A stretch of 32,000 nt of DNA, from assembly GCF_000009605.1 (NCBI RefSeq), contig NC_002528.1:330001-362000 (forward strand), written 5' to 3'. Source of the DNA: Buchnera aphidicola str. APS (Acyrthosiphon pisum). Lineage in GTDB: Bacteria > Pseudomonadota > Gammaproteobacteria > Enterobacterales > Enterobacteriaceae. The translations under genes were made by a program, and so were the position numbers. Below are positions 31,710-32,000 of the stretch, piece by piece (within the stretch, counting starts at the first letter, position 1; every line of letters starts with the position of its first letter). The notes under the pieces were generated by a model. It was not told where the DNA came from. It saw nothing but the letters and a program-made list of their open reading frames with translations, and did not search any database.

Positions 31710-32000
31710 CTATCTCCCGAATAAACGTCGTAAAAAACTTTTTTTTTCTTCTTCAATAAAACGAAAATGACGCTCTTCACCCAACAATCGATTTACGGTA
31801 TCACTGTAAGCGCATCCTGCATTTGAATTAATATCTAATATTATAGATTCCCCTTGATTGGACGCACGAAGAACGGATTGATCTTCTGGAATTACACCTA
31901 TTATAGGTATTTGAAGAATATCTAAAACATCTGTCATGCTTAACATTTCTCCTTTTTTAACACGTCTAGGATTATAACGTGTTAATAAAAGATATTCTTT
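31710..32000 (-). CDS. minD: Septum site-determining ATPase MinD, C-terminal part; the gene runs off the window edge
   Basis: MLSMTDVLDILQIPIIGVIPEDQSVLRASNQGESIILD...FRFIEEEKKSFLRRLFG matches the E. coli MinD C-terminus, including the amphipathic membrane-targeting tail. The frame stays open upstream of the track's Met (KEYLLLTRYNPRRVKKGE) to position 32000, so that Met is internal. Confidence 0.94.
   Translation of the reverse strand, partial: KEYLLLTRYNPRRVKKGEMLSMTDVLDILQIPIIGVIPEDQSVLRASNQGESIILDINSNAGCAYSDTVNRLLGEERHFRFIEEEKKSFLRRLFGR

Noticed and set aside
31710-31946. The track's 78-aa minD ORF taken as a complete small gene
   Set aside because: The frame stays open to the window edge, and the upstream residues (KEYLLLTRYNPRRVKKGE) continue the MinD alignment. 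It is the 3' part of a truncated full-length minD.

Overview
This window looks like a housekeeping block from an extremely AT-rich, reduced gammaproteobacterial endosymbiont genome. It is almost certainly Buchnera aphidicola. From memory, the gene order fldA-phrB-ybgI-sucAB-gpmA-pfkA-glpF-tpiA-ihfB-rpsA-cmk-aroA-serC-serS-trxB-infA-aspS-znuBC-[gap]-pykA-zwf-htpX-cspC-yoaE-tsaB-minED matches the published Buchnera APS order, which has yebA in the gap. I could not run a search to confirm this. I call 27 protein genes: 25 complete and intact, minD cut by the window edge, and cmk frameshifted. All are recognisable by eye as E. coli orthologues with conserved catalytic motifs. I found no tRNA, rRNA, CRISPR array, IS or phage element, and no defence, toxin or secretion cluster. 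I see no evidence of a novel multi-gene system, and this is core genome rather than an accessory region. The features worth a second look all reflect genome erosion and compact gene expression. (1) cmk is split into two ORFs by a frameshift that can only be repaired inside an A9 homopolymer. (2) The 1.3 kb between znuC and pykA has no ORF and is about 13% G+C. It sits where yebA/mepM is expected and still carries a faint, correctly placed ghost of the M23 peptidase motif. (3) znuBC has no adjacent znuA. (4) A 14-bp duplication of the yoaE start creates a 4-codon mini-ORF overlapping the real ATG. (5) The cspC leader is long and G+C-elevated, with an extended -10 promoter and a 36-codon upstream ORF. 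(6) A few G+C-rich hairpin terminators stand out against the AT-rich background. All coordinates and motifs were read by hand, and strain identity and homology levels remain unverified.
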